Shown here piece by piece: positions 8,875 to 16,653 of a DNA stretch of 64,000 nucleotides (position 1 is the stretch's first letter; every line of letters begins with the position of its first letter). Source of the stretch: Candidatus Acidiferrales bacterium (GTDB lineage: Bacteria; Acidobacteriota; Terriglobia; Acidiferrales; UBA7541). Location of the stretch: the NCBI GenBank assembly GCA_035934545.1, contig DASYXV010000078.1:34232-98231 (forward strand), given 5' to 3'. The position numbers were made by a program, and so were the translations under genes. The notes beneath the pieces were generated by a model. That model was not told the DNA's origin. It made no database searches and saw only the letters and a list, made by a program, of their open reading frames with translations.

Positions 8875-10762
8875 ATTCACACTGGCCACAGCGCTGCTCG
8901 TCCTGATCATCGTGGCGCTCATTTCCGGGCTTTATGTTGTCACGCTGACCCGGCAGGTGATTCGCCAGGCCGACGATCGAGCCGGATTCATCGCGCAGCA
9001 GGTTTTCTATTTCGCTCAACACGCGCTTGTGGATGCCAGCCAGAGCGGTGAGACACCCAGATCGTCCCGCCCCGCGGATGTCCGTGCATATATACAGCAC
9101 GCTCTCGAGGACAGCCCCGGAGTCGGCGGGCTTCTCGAGTCCGGCGTTGGGTATTACCGCGACATTTACGAAATCACGATCAGCGATCACGATGGTACTG
9201 CTCTTGTTTCCAGCGATGCTTCTCTTCCCGGCCGCGCAATTGCCCGTCGGCCCGGCATCGCTCAACTCATCCATGCGAATTTCATAGAACAGTTCCGGAT
9301 TCTATACGGCCCGCCCCGGGTCTACGAAGAGACTCTGCCATTCAGCGTGGGCCCGCAGCCGTTTGGCGACGTCCGCGTCGGGCTTTCTTCGGCTCTGTTG
9401 CGCGATGAGATTTCCCCCGGACTGTATTCAGCTGCTTGGTTGTCATTGGGCGCGATTTTGCTTTCCACACTTTTCACGGCGATCGTCGGCCAGGTCTCTC
9501 TCGCTCCGCTGTCGCGGATTTCCAGACAGCTCGACCGCATTTCGGCCGGCGAATTCGACCTCGAACCTGTGGCACAGGTTGGAGAATTTGGCCAGGTGTC
9601 CAATAAGATCAGCCGCATCGGGCAACAATTGCGCGACGTGCGCGAGATCTTCAGCACGCTCCGGGAGAACATGAATCAGATCATGGCCGGGCTAGAGGAC
9701 GGCCTGCTCCTGTTCAACGCCGAGGGCCGGGCGATGATGATCAGCCCGTCGGCGTATAAGTTTCTGGGCGCGAAGTCCGATGAGATGCAGGGCCGCAAAA
9801 TTGAAGAGGTTTTCCCGCCTGGAAACCCGATCGCCGAGGCCCTGCACATTGGAGACGATGGAGAGCTGCTCGCCGATGCGGGCGAGCAAGTGGAAGTGGA
9901 ACTCGCAAGCGAAGCTGGCGCGCGCCGCGTGGGAGTCAGCGTCCAGGCCATCCGCGAAGACGGAGTGCGAATGGGCCTTCTCGTCACGCTTCGAGACCTG
10001 GAATCTCTCGCACGCATCGGCTCGCATTTGCAGGTCTCGGAACGCTTGGCCGCGCTCGGGCGCGTTACCGCGGGCGTCGCGCATGAGGTGAAAAACCCGC
10101 TTAATTCCATGCGCGTGTGGCTCGAAGTTTTGAAAGGAAACCTCTCACCGGAACCAGAGACGCAGCAAGCCGCTAAGATGCTGGACACAGAAATCGACCG
10201 CCTCGACCGTGTGGTGAAGACTTTTCTGGAATTCAGCCGGCCTGTCGAAGTGGAACACGTGGAGACCGGCCTTCCACAACTGCTCGAATCCGTCCTGGCT
10301 ACGGCGAAGCCCGCGATTGAGCGTGGCAATATCGCGTTAGTGAAAGACGTCCCTGCCGAGTTTCCATCCGTGGAAATTGACCATCGGCTCATCGAGCAGG
10401 CGGTGCTGAATCTCGTGCTCAACGCCTGCGATTGCATGCGTCCGGGAGGACGGCTGAATATTGGCCTGCGTCAAATTGGCGAGATGGCCGAAATCAGTGT
10501 GGGGGATACGGGGCCGGGCATCGCGCCTGAAAACAGGGCTAAGATATTTCAGCTCTTCTTCACTACCCGCAAAGGCGGAACTGGTCTGGGGCTGGCCAAT
10601 GCTTTTCGCTTTGTACAGTTGCATAATGGTTCGATAGAATTTGATACAGAGGCCGGGCGTGGCACGACGTTTCGGATATCCCTGCCGCTTCCGCGCGTAT
10701 CCGGAGGAATTGCATCCAAGTATTATCGAGATTTTGGGCAGCCATTCGCTCGGGAAAGATAG
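8852..10762 (+). CDS. Membrane sensor histidine kinase (periplasmic domain-HAMP-PAS-HisKA-HATPase)
   Basis: Two TM segments, H-box AGVAHEVKNPLNSM, N-box LVLNACDCM, and G-boxes GDTGPGI and GGTGLGLA. It overlaps the upstream regulator gene by 23 nt. Confidence 0.9.
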   Translation: MALSLRTKFTLATALLVLIIVALISGLYVVTLTRQVIRQADDRAGFIAQQVFYFAQHALVDASQSGETPRSSRPADVRAYIQHALEDSPGVGGLLESGVGYYRDIYEITISDHDGTALVSSDASLPGRAIARRPGIAQLIHANFIEQFRILYGPPRVYEETLPFSVGPQPFGDVRVGLSSALLRDEISPGLYSAAWLSLGAILLSTLFTAIVGQVSLAPLSRISRQLDRISAGEFDLEPVAQVGEFGQVSNKISRIGQQLRDVREIFSTLRENMNQIMAGLEDGLLLFNAEGRAMMISPSAYKFLGAKSDEMQGRKIEEVFPPGNPIAEALHIGDDGELLADAGEQVEVELASEAGARRVGVSVQAIREDGVRMGLLVTLRDLESLARIGSHLQVSERLAALGRVTAGVAHEVKNPLNSMRVWLEVLKGNLSPEPETQQAAKMLDTEIDRLDRVVKTFLEFSRPVEVEHVETGLPQLLESVLATAKPAIERGNIALVKDVPAEFPSVEIDHRLIEQAVLNLVLNACDCMRPGGRLNIGLRQIGEMAEISVGDTGPGIAPENRAKIFQLFFTTRKGGTGLGLANAFRFVQLHNGSIEFDTEAGRGTTFRISLPLPRVSGGIASKYYRDFGQPFARER

Positions 10763-10814
10763 CTAGCAGAAAAGTATGCCCAGCCAGAATACAATTCACT
10801 CATTGAGCGCCCCT

Positions 10815-11411
10815 ATGTCTCGCGCTCTAACTTCTGTCGTCACGATGGGTGCCGTGGCGGGGTGCCTGGCGTTTTCCGCTGCCGGCTGCGCCCGGCACCG
10901 CACGGCGGCGCTACCTCCGGTCACCGAGGCTCCGCAGCCAACCCAGTCCGTCACAATCCCGCCGGTGGAGACGACAAAGCCTGCCGATGCTGCGCCTCCG
11001 GCGAGTCAAACGCAGACTCAGCCGCCGGCACCACAACCTCAGACTGCACAGCAAACGCCTCCGGCGACCACTGCGCCGCCAGTGGACGCGCCTCCGAAGA
11101 CCGACGCCCCGAAAAAAATTACTGTTGAGCCTCCAAAACCGCCGGCGCCGCAGATTTCGCAACAGTTGTCCCCGGGCGATGAAGCCGAACTGCAAAAGCA
11201 AACCAACCAATACATAGGAGACGCCGAGAAGAATTTGCACCGTGCCGACGGCCGCGATTTGAACGCCAATCAGCGGGACATGGTGGAAAAAATCAATGGA
11301 TTCCTCAATCAGGTCCACGAAGCGATGAAAACATCAGACTGGACGCGGGCGAGGAATCTCTCGCAGAAAGCTTTTCTGCTCTCCGTCGAGCTCGCGAATT
11401 CCCTCTCGTAG
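10815..11411 (+). CDS. Pro/Gln/Thr-rich lipoprotein, hypothetical
   Basis: Lipobox-like signal MSRALTSVVTMGAVAG|C. Has a long PPxxP low-complexity linker followed by a helical C-terminal domain. It lies 13-50 nt after the kinase stop, so the start is uncertain (10776 or 10815). Confidence 0.55.
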   Translation: MSRALTSVVTMGAVAGCLAFSAAGCARHRTAALPPVTEAPQPTQSVTIPPVETTKPADAAPPASQTQTQPPAPQPQTAQQTPPATTAPPVDAPPKTDAPKKITVEPPKPPAPQISQQLSPGDEAELQKQTNQYIGDAEKNLHRADGRDLNANQRDMVEKINGFLNQVHEAMKTSDWTRARNLSQKAFLLSVELANSLS

Positions 11412-11457
11412 TCGCGCGGCTGATTTCGAGCAGGTCGAATACTGCTAAAATGAAATT

Positions 11458-12633
11458 GTGAAGGCGTATGACTCTATCGTTGTGGGCGGCGGCATCATCG
11501 GAGCGGCGACCGCGTTTGAGTTGGCTCAGAAGGGCCTGAGTGTCGTTTTGCTCGACCGGCAAGAGCCGGGGCTCGAGGCTTCCTGGGCTGCAGCGGGGAT
11601 GCTCTCGACAGCTCCTGACGCGCCGGAAGCCGCGCCGCTCGTGTCCTTTGCGCGAGAAAGCCACAAGCTCTATCCCGAATTCATTTCCGCGATTGAAAGG
11701 GCGAGTGGAACGCCTGTCGAATTTCATCAATGCGGAGCGTTAGAGATTTTCCTTGCCCCGCATGGTGGAACAGATCGCGACGAGCGAGTTGCCGAAATTC
11801 GGCGCCACGGAATTTCCGCGGAGCCAATATCACTATCCGAAGCACTGCGTAAGGAGCCAATGCTAAATCCAGTGGCGCAGGCCGTGGCGTGGATTCCGGA
11901 AGAAGCATATGTGAGTCCGCGTGAACTGACTCAAGCTATGCTTGCCGCCGCGACAAACTCCGGCGTTGAGATCCGCGCTGGCTCTGAAGTCATTTCCATT
12001 TTGACGGGACACAATGGTTGCGAGGGCGTCCTGGCGGCGGATTCGACTACGATGAAAGCTGGCCGCATTAACGTGAGTGCCGGCGAGAAAATCCATGCCA
12101 AGAAAACCATCATCGCGGCGGGATGCTTTTCCGGAACCATCGGATGGATGGAACGTTATGCGCCCACTCATCCAGTTCGAGGCCAGATGGTGGCGATGCG
12201 CAATCATGGCGGTGTACTGCGCTGCATCTTGCGCTGCGAAGATGGTTACTTGGTCCCGCGCAAGGACGGCCGAGTTGTCGCGGGAAGCACGCTGGAAAAT
12301 GCGGGATTCGAAAAGCAAGTTACGCCGGGAGGGCTAGGGAGAATCCTGAAGGCGGCGATTGATCTCGCCCCTGAGCTAGAAAATGCGGCGATCGGTGAAA
12401 CGTGGTCGGGCCTGCGACCTGACACGCCGGATCATCTTCCCATTATCGGGCCAACGGATATAGATGGACTCTTTATCGCCACTGGGCACTATCGCAACGG
12501 CATCCTGCTTGCACCAGCGACGGCGAAATGCATCAGCGAATGGATTCGCGAGGGAAAATCTTCCATCAATGTTGAAAATTTCAGTCCGATGCGGTTTGCG
12601 GCAGCCACGCATGGCGCCAAATCCCAGTGCTAA
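11458..12633 (+). CDS. thiO: Glycine oxidase ThiO / FAD-dependent (DAO-family) oxidoreductase
   Basis: GTG start. Contains Rossmann motif VVGGGIIGAATAFELA and the ThiO-like C-terminal motif GHYRNGILLAPATA. Confidence 0.7.
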   Translation: MKAYDSIVVGGGIIGAATAFELAQKGLSVVLLDRQEPGLEASWAAAGMLSTAPDAPEAAPLVSFARESHKLYPEFISAIERASGTPVEFHQCGALEIFLAPHGGTDRDERVAEIRRHGISAEPISLSEALRKEPMLNPVAQAVAWIPEEAYVSPRELTQAMLAAATNSGVEIRAGSEVISILTGHNGCEGVLAADSTTMKAGRINVSAGEKIHAKKTIIAAGCFSGTIGWMERYAPTHPVRGQMVAMRNHGGVLRCILRCEDGYLVPRKDGRVVAGSTLENAGFEKQVTPGGLGRILKAAIDLAPELENAAIGETWSGLRPDTPDHLPIIGPTDIDGLFIATGHYRNGILLAPATAKCISEWIREGKSSINVENFSPMRFAAATHGAKSQC

Positions 12634-13442
12634 TAGGGGATTCGCCTGCGCTCGGGCCTGCGGAATTCCGGCCCGGGAATAGTCGAGGCGTGTCCAAGAG
12701 AAGTGAAATTTATTTTTTCGGCGAGAAGATACAGGGGCCGGTTCAATTCGACAGTCAGAGTTGTACCGCGGGGCAATACAGCTTCAGGCCCGCGCGTCAG
12801 CAGCACAGTGGCGAGTCCGGCCGCAGCGCCGATTCCCGCGCCGATTCCAGCTCCCTGACCGCTCCTCGCCGCAATAGCGCCAATTAGAGCGCCAGAGCCA
12901 GTATCTCTGATGACAGTTCCCGCGTCTCCTGCTTTGTCAGAATCGCCCTTGACTGCACCTTCGTTATTCACGGTTTCATTTCCGCCCGTGTCGGCGTCCC
13001 TCGGTGCCGCGTTGAAATCCACATCATAGGCGTTCGGCAGGATGAGATGATTGAGTTTGATTCCCAGTTCAGCCGTGCCATGGACCCGGCCGGGTCGTTT
13101 GACTTCGGTAACTTCTCCGTCCACATAGGACCCAGCAGGAATCAAAATGTGGCTGTCGATCACGATGGGATAGAGTGTTTCCAGGTAAACGCGGTCGCCG
13201 ACGTGGGCGCCGCGCGTGGACACCGCTGTGTGCAGGACGAGGGGTAATTGGGTGCCCTTGGGCACGACGTAGTATTTCGGGGCGGAGGGTGCGGCTGCCT
13301 GCCCCGGCGTATCGGCAGGGGGAGCCGACTGCTGCGCGGGAGGATTGGCCGACTGTGCAGAAAGCGCAGGAGCAACCACGCACATCGCACTGAACAGAAT
13401 CAATACAGAGCGAGCAGAGACACGAGCGAACCGGAGTGTCAT
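12630..13442 (-). CDS. Secreted protein with TrbI/VirB10-like beta-barrel pattern and glycine-zipper C-terminal segment
   Basis: ATG 13442 is preceded by GGAGG. Has a signal peptide ..APALSAQ and a Pro-rich linker. The segment VPKGTQLPLVL..ILIPAGSYVDGEV..LILPNAYDV resembles the TrbI family. GSGALIGAIAARSGQGAGIGAGIGAAAGLA is a glycine zipper. Confidence 0.5.
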   Translation of the reverse strand: MTLRFARVSARSVLILFSAMCVVAPALSAQSANPPAQQSAPPADTPGQAAAPSAPKYYVVPKGTQLPLVLHTAVSTRGAHVGDRVYLETLYPIVIDSHILIPAGSYVDGEVTEVKRPGRVHGTAELGIKLNHLILPNAYDVDFNAAPRDADTGGNETVNNEGAVKGDSDKAGDAGTVIRDTGSGALIGAIAARSGQGAGIGAGIGAAAGLATVLLTRGPEAVLPRGTTLTVELNRPLYLLAEKINFTSLGHASTIPGPEFRRPERRRIPY

Positions 13443-13623
13443 GGGAGCAACCTCCACAAACTAGCAATTATAGCGATGCCTTGCATTGGGCTAAGGATGC
13501 TCCCGAGCGGAGACGATGTCAATGCGATGACATGAGTGGATGACGCGTATGCAGTTTGACTCCGTCGTCGTTGGCGAATAGTCTGAATCGAGGCACGAGC
13601 GGATAGAAACGCGAGGAGGAGCG

Positions 13624-13824
13624 ATGGCCAAGCTGGCGTTGGTGTATGGCTTGCGGCTGTTTCCGGAGGGAGAGCTGGAATCCGTGGAAGAAGCGACGGT
13701 GAAGCTGAAGAACGGACGCAGCGGGCGCGTAACGATGCATTTGATCGAGGGAAGCAAAGAGGAAATCGAAAAGACGCTCCATCAATCGCTCGAAGCATTT
13801 TTCGATATGTACCCCGAAATCTAA
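13624..13824 (+). CDS. Hypothetical small protein (66 aa)
   Basis: ATG is preceded by GAGGAGGA. Acidic helical sequence with no motif recognised. Confidence 0.5.
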   Translation: MAKLALVYGLRLFPEGELESVEEATVKLKNGRSGRVTMHLIEGSKEEIEKTLHQSLEAFFDMYPEI

Positions 13825-13855
13825 GAGGCCTCCCAGTTGAGCCGCAATGCAATCG

Positions 13856-14125
13856 CTAAATCAGAATCACGGTCTGGCCCGTGAGATCGAATCGCTTGCG
13901 GCAGCGGATGTTGCGGCAGGCGACCATCTCGTCCACGCGGACCATGTACGAGCGCGCTTTTGAGAAACGCGCGCGATCGTCGTCGTTCGAGCCGCCGGGC
14001 AGCGCGGTTTTCTTCGTGCGCACCTTCCAGCGAACCGGATAGGTATTTTCCTCTCGGCAATGAGGGCAGACGAGTGGAATCTGCTTCGTTTCATCGTTCT
14101 CGTCGTAGAATTTTCGATCGTCCAC
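13856..14125 (-). CDS. Small zinc-ribbon protein (CxxC...Cx4C), hypothetical
   Basis: GTG start lies 19 nt after the deacetylase stop. Contains CPHC and CRNIRC cysteine pairs. Confidence 0.55.
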   Translation of the reverse strand: MDDRKFYDENDETKQIPLVCPHCREENTYPVRWKVRTKKTALPGGSNDDDRARFSKARSYMVRVDEMVACRNIRCRKRFDLTGQTVILI

Positions 14126-14144
14126 GATTCCCTGCTTTCTTTTT

Positions 14145-14891
14145 CTAGGGTTTCCCGTTCGCTTCCGCCGCCGATATATTCGCCGGCGCTGCTCCTTCTA
14201 CGGCATCGAGCGTGACAAAACGCAGGCCCGCATCTTTCCAGCGCGGCAACCAGTATGCCAGAGCCGCGACGGTGTGGTGGCGGTCGCCCTCAAGATTGCG
14301 GTAATCGCCGTCGTGCAAGAGGACAATATCGCCGCCGGCGATGCGCCGCAAGCGATGAATCACTGGCGCAGCCGGCTGCGGCTTCCAATCCCAGGCCCAT
14401 TTCGACCACATGACCACGCCGGAATAGCCGAGTCGGCGGACCACGCCGCCAAGTTGCGGCCCGCGAAAGCCGAACGGCGGACGCATCCAGCGAGGCTCGC
14501 GCCCAACCGCGGAGGAAATGGCTTCGCGGCAGAGATCGAGTTCGTGGACGATGTTGCGCGTTGAGAGAAATGCGAGATTCGGATGCGTTTCCGTGTGATT
14601 GCCGATCTGATGACCGCGCGCAGCGATTTCGCGCGCAAGTCTCGGATAAGCGCGGACGTGGCAGCCCATGAGAAAAAATGTCGCGCGGGCTTCGTGCGCA
14701 TCGAGGAGATTGAGCAGGCCCGGCGTGGTGCCCGGATTCGGGCCGTCGTCGAACGTGAGCGCCACGGCGGACGCATCTCCGGTGAAGCGAATCGTATGGC
14801 CGAAGAGTTGCGACTGCGGATAAACGCCGCCCCAGGCAGCGACTCCAGCTCCGCCCAGCGTCACAGCGCCGGCGATGAGTGCGGGGTTCAC
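14145..14891 (-). CDS. Polysaccharide deacetylase (NodB homology domain, CE4)
   Basis: Contains motifs TFDDGP, HTETHPNL and RPPFG, plus an N-terminal TM/signal segment. Confidence 0.85.
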   Translation of the reverse strand: MNPALIAGAVTLGGAGVAAWGGVYPQSQLFGHTIRFTGDASAVALTFDDGPNPGTTPGLLNLLDAHEARATFFLMGCHVRAYPRLAREIAARGHQIGNHTETHPNLAFLSTRNIVHELDLCREAISSAVGREPRWMRPPFGFRGPQLGGVVRRLGYSGVVMWSKWAWDWKPQPAAPVIHRLRRIAGGDIVLLHDGDYRNLEGDRHHTVAALAYWLPRWKDAGLRFVTLDAVEGAAPANISAAEANGKP

Positions 14892-14905
14892 GCTTCCATT
14901 CTCCC

Positions 14906-15607
14906 ATGACAGAGAACGCGGAGCTGATAAATCTCGAACCGCTGCGCCAATCGGAAATGCGCCTCAAGTTTGATAGGATTGCATCCCAAGGCAAACGCGA
15001 GAAGCTCGTGAATTCCTCGAAATTTCCCGGATGGGTGCGTTGGGCGTGCCTGGTGTGGCTCGCCGTATGGATTCCCGCGTACTGGCGAACCTGGGGCGCG
15101 GTGAATTTTCTTCATGTATGCGACATCGCCGTAATTCTGACGTGCGCCGGATTGTGGTGGAGCAATTCCCTGCTGTTGTCGAGTCAGGCGGTGTCTTCCA
15201 TCGCGGCGGACTTGCTGTGGGATCTGGATGCGGCATGGAGGCTCTTCGCGGGGCATCATTTGACGGGCGGAACGGAGTATATGTGGGACGCGCGATTCGC
15301 GTTGTGGGTGCGATTGATTTCGCTTTTCCATGTCGTGTGGCCGATTTTGCTGATCTATTCGCTCAAACGCGTTCGATATGACCGGCGGGGATGGAAACTG
15401 CAATCGGCGATTGCCGCAGCCGCAATCATCGCGGGACGATTTTGCAGCCCGGCGCTGAACATCAATTTTGCGTTCACTGATCCACTCTTCCATCGCACCC
15501 TGGGGCCTGCGCCAGTCCACATGATGGCGATATGGATGGCGTTTGTTGTGGGCCTCTATCTGCCGACACACCTGATCTTGAAGAAGTTCCTTACGGCTGG
15601 CGTATAG
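14906..15607 (+). CDS. Integral membrane protein, hypothetical
   Basis: About 6 hydrophobic, Trp-rich helices. ATG 14906 lies 14 nt from the divergent GTG start of the deacetylase. Confidence 0.55.
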   Translation: MTENAELINLEPLRQSEMRLKFDRIASQGKREKLVNSSKFPGWVRWACLVWLAVWIPAYWRTWGAVNFLHVCDIAVILTCAGLWWSNSLLLSSQAVSSIAADLLWDLDAAWRLFAGHHLTGGTEYMWDARFALWVRLISLFHVVWPILLIYSLKRVRYDRRGWKLQSAIAAAAIIAGRFCSPALNINFAFTDPLFHRTLGPAPVHMMAIWMAFVVGLYLPTHLILKKFLTAGV

Positions 15608-15621
15608 TACTCCAAAATTAT

Positions 15622-15695
15622 CGATTAGAAAAAGTGAAGTGCTTTGTTTACTGCGACTTAGCTCAAATTCTAATAATTTTGAGTTGCGATTAGAA
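15622..15695 (+). repeat. Copy A of a dispersed ~75-bp element: CGATTAGAA-6 nt-AAGTGCTTTGTTT-~36 nt-CGATTAGAAA
   Basis: Boxes are at 15622-15630, 15637-15649 and 15687-15695. The same three boxes, with the same order and spacing, occur as the reverse complement at 34251-34325. Confidence 0.7.
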
Positions 15696-15943
15696 ACGAG
15701 CTCGTTTTGGGGTGTTCTTTCGGCGGAAAGCTGGTTCCTGAGCAGCTTGTCGTTGGCGTGATTCCCTGTCACGCGGCTCCCATTGCGTAATCCCTTGGTT
15801 AATCTAGTTACCTTATTAACATACCTCGTGGCCTATGTCAAGAGGAATTAGGAGGGGTGGTGGGCCAATTTGAGTTCAGACGAAAAGAGTTCGTAAGCCC
15901 GGTGAAATAGAGCAGCAGGAGGCATGTTTGATACAATCGCGAC

Positions 15944-16465
15944 ATGAGAATCGTTTGGAAGCGGGCTGCTGTTTGTTGCCTCGCGATTGCGGTTCTGGTT
16001 CAGTGCGCCTGTAACCAGGGGCACCCGGGGGGAAGAATGGACACCGTGAATCCACCACTTGCGGCTGAGACGGATGCTCTCAGAAAAGCATACGCTGCAT
16101 TCAACCGGAACGATATTGCCGCGACGGTGGAAGCGCTCGACCCCCAAGTCGAGTGGACGGAGCCTGCAGAGTTCCCGGGAGGCGGAACTTATCATGGGCG
16201 CGAAGGAGTGAAGGCGTACTTGTCGCAATCGCGCGCGGCCTGGGCCGAAATAGACAGCGAGCCGGAGCAATTCATTGTGGCCGGCGACAAGATCATCGTG
16301 TTTGTTCATGTGCGAGCTAAGCCCAAAGACGGCGCCGAGTGGCACGAGGCCCGCATAGCCGATGTCTATACCTTCCGCGACGGCAAGGCCACACAAATGC
16401 GTGCGTTCGCCGATCGGCGACAGGCTCTCGAATGGGTTGGAGTCAAAGGCTCGGACGCAAACTGA
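15944..16465 (+). CDS. SnoaL-like / NTF2-fold (ketosteroid-isomerase-like) protein with signal peptide
   Basis: Typical SnoaL pattern: LRKAYAAFNRNDIAATVEALDPQVEW..GGTYHGREGV..ADVYTFRDGKATQMRAF. Confidence 0.7.
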   Translation: MRIVWKRAAVCCLAIAVLVQCACNQGHPGGRMDTVNPPLAAETDALRKAYAAFNRNDIAATVEALDPQVEWTEPAEFPGGGTYHGREGVKAYLSQSRAAWAEIDSEPEQFIVAGDKIIVFVHVRAKPKDGAEWHEARIADVYTFRDGKATQMRAFADRRQALEWVGVKGSDAN

Positions 16466-16653
16466 CCAACTAGCTTAGACTGTCACGGGTATTCTTCCTT
16501 CTTTACCATTCACGAGCCTTCAACAGCGCGGGTGCCCACCGTGAAAACCAAATCCAGGGAATTCACTTAAATGCGATTGCCCACTCCTTAATTTACTGTC
16601 TTCTTTCATTCACGGCCTGTTCGGCCCGGAAGCGACCGGCACGAGCTGGGAGA

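Noticed and set aside
14290-14994. 234-aa minus-strand ORF in an alternative frame of the deacetylase locus
   Set aside because: The 14145..14891 frame contains the NodB motifs (TFDDGP, HxxxH). This alternative frame is Arg/Ser-rich with no motif.
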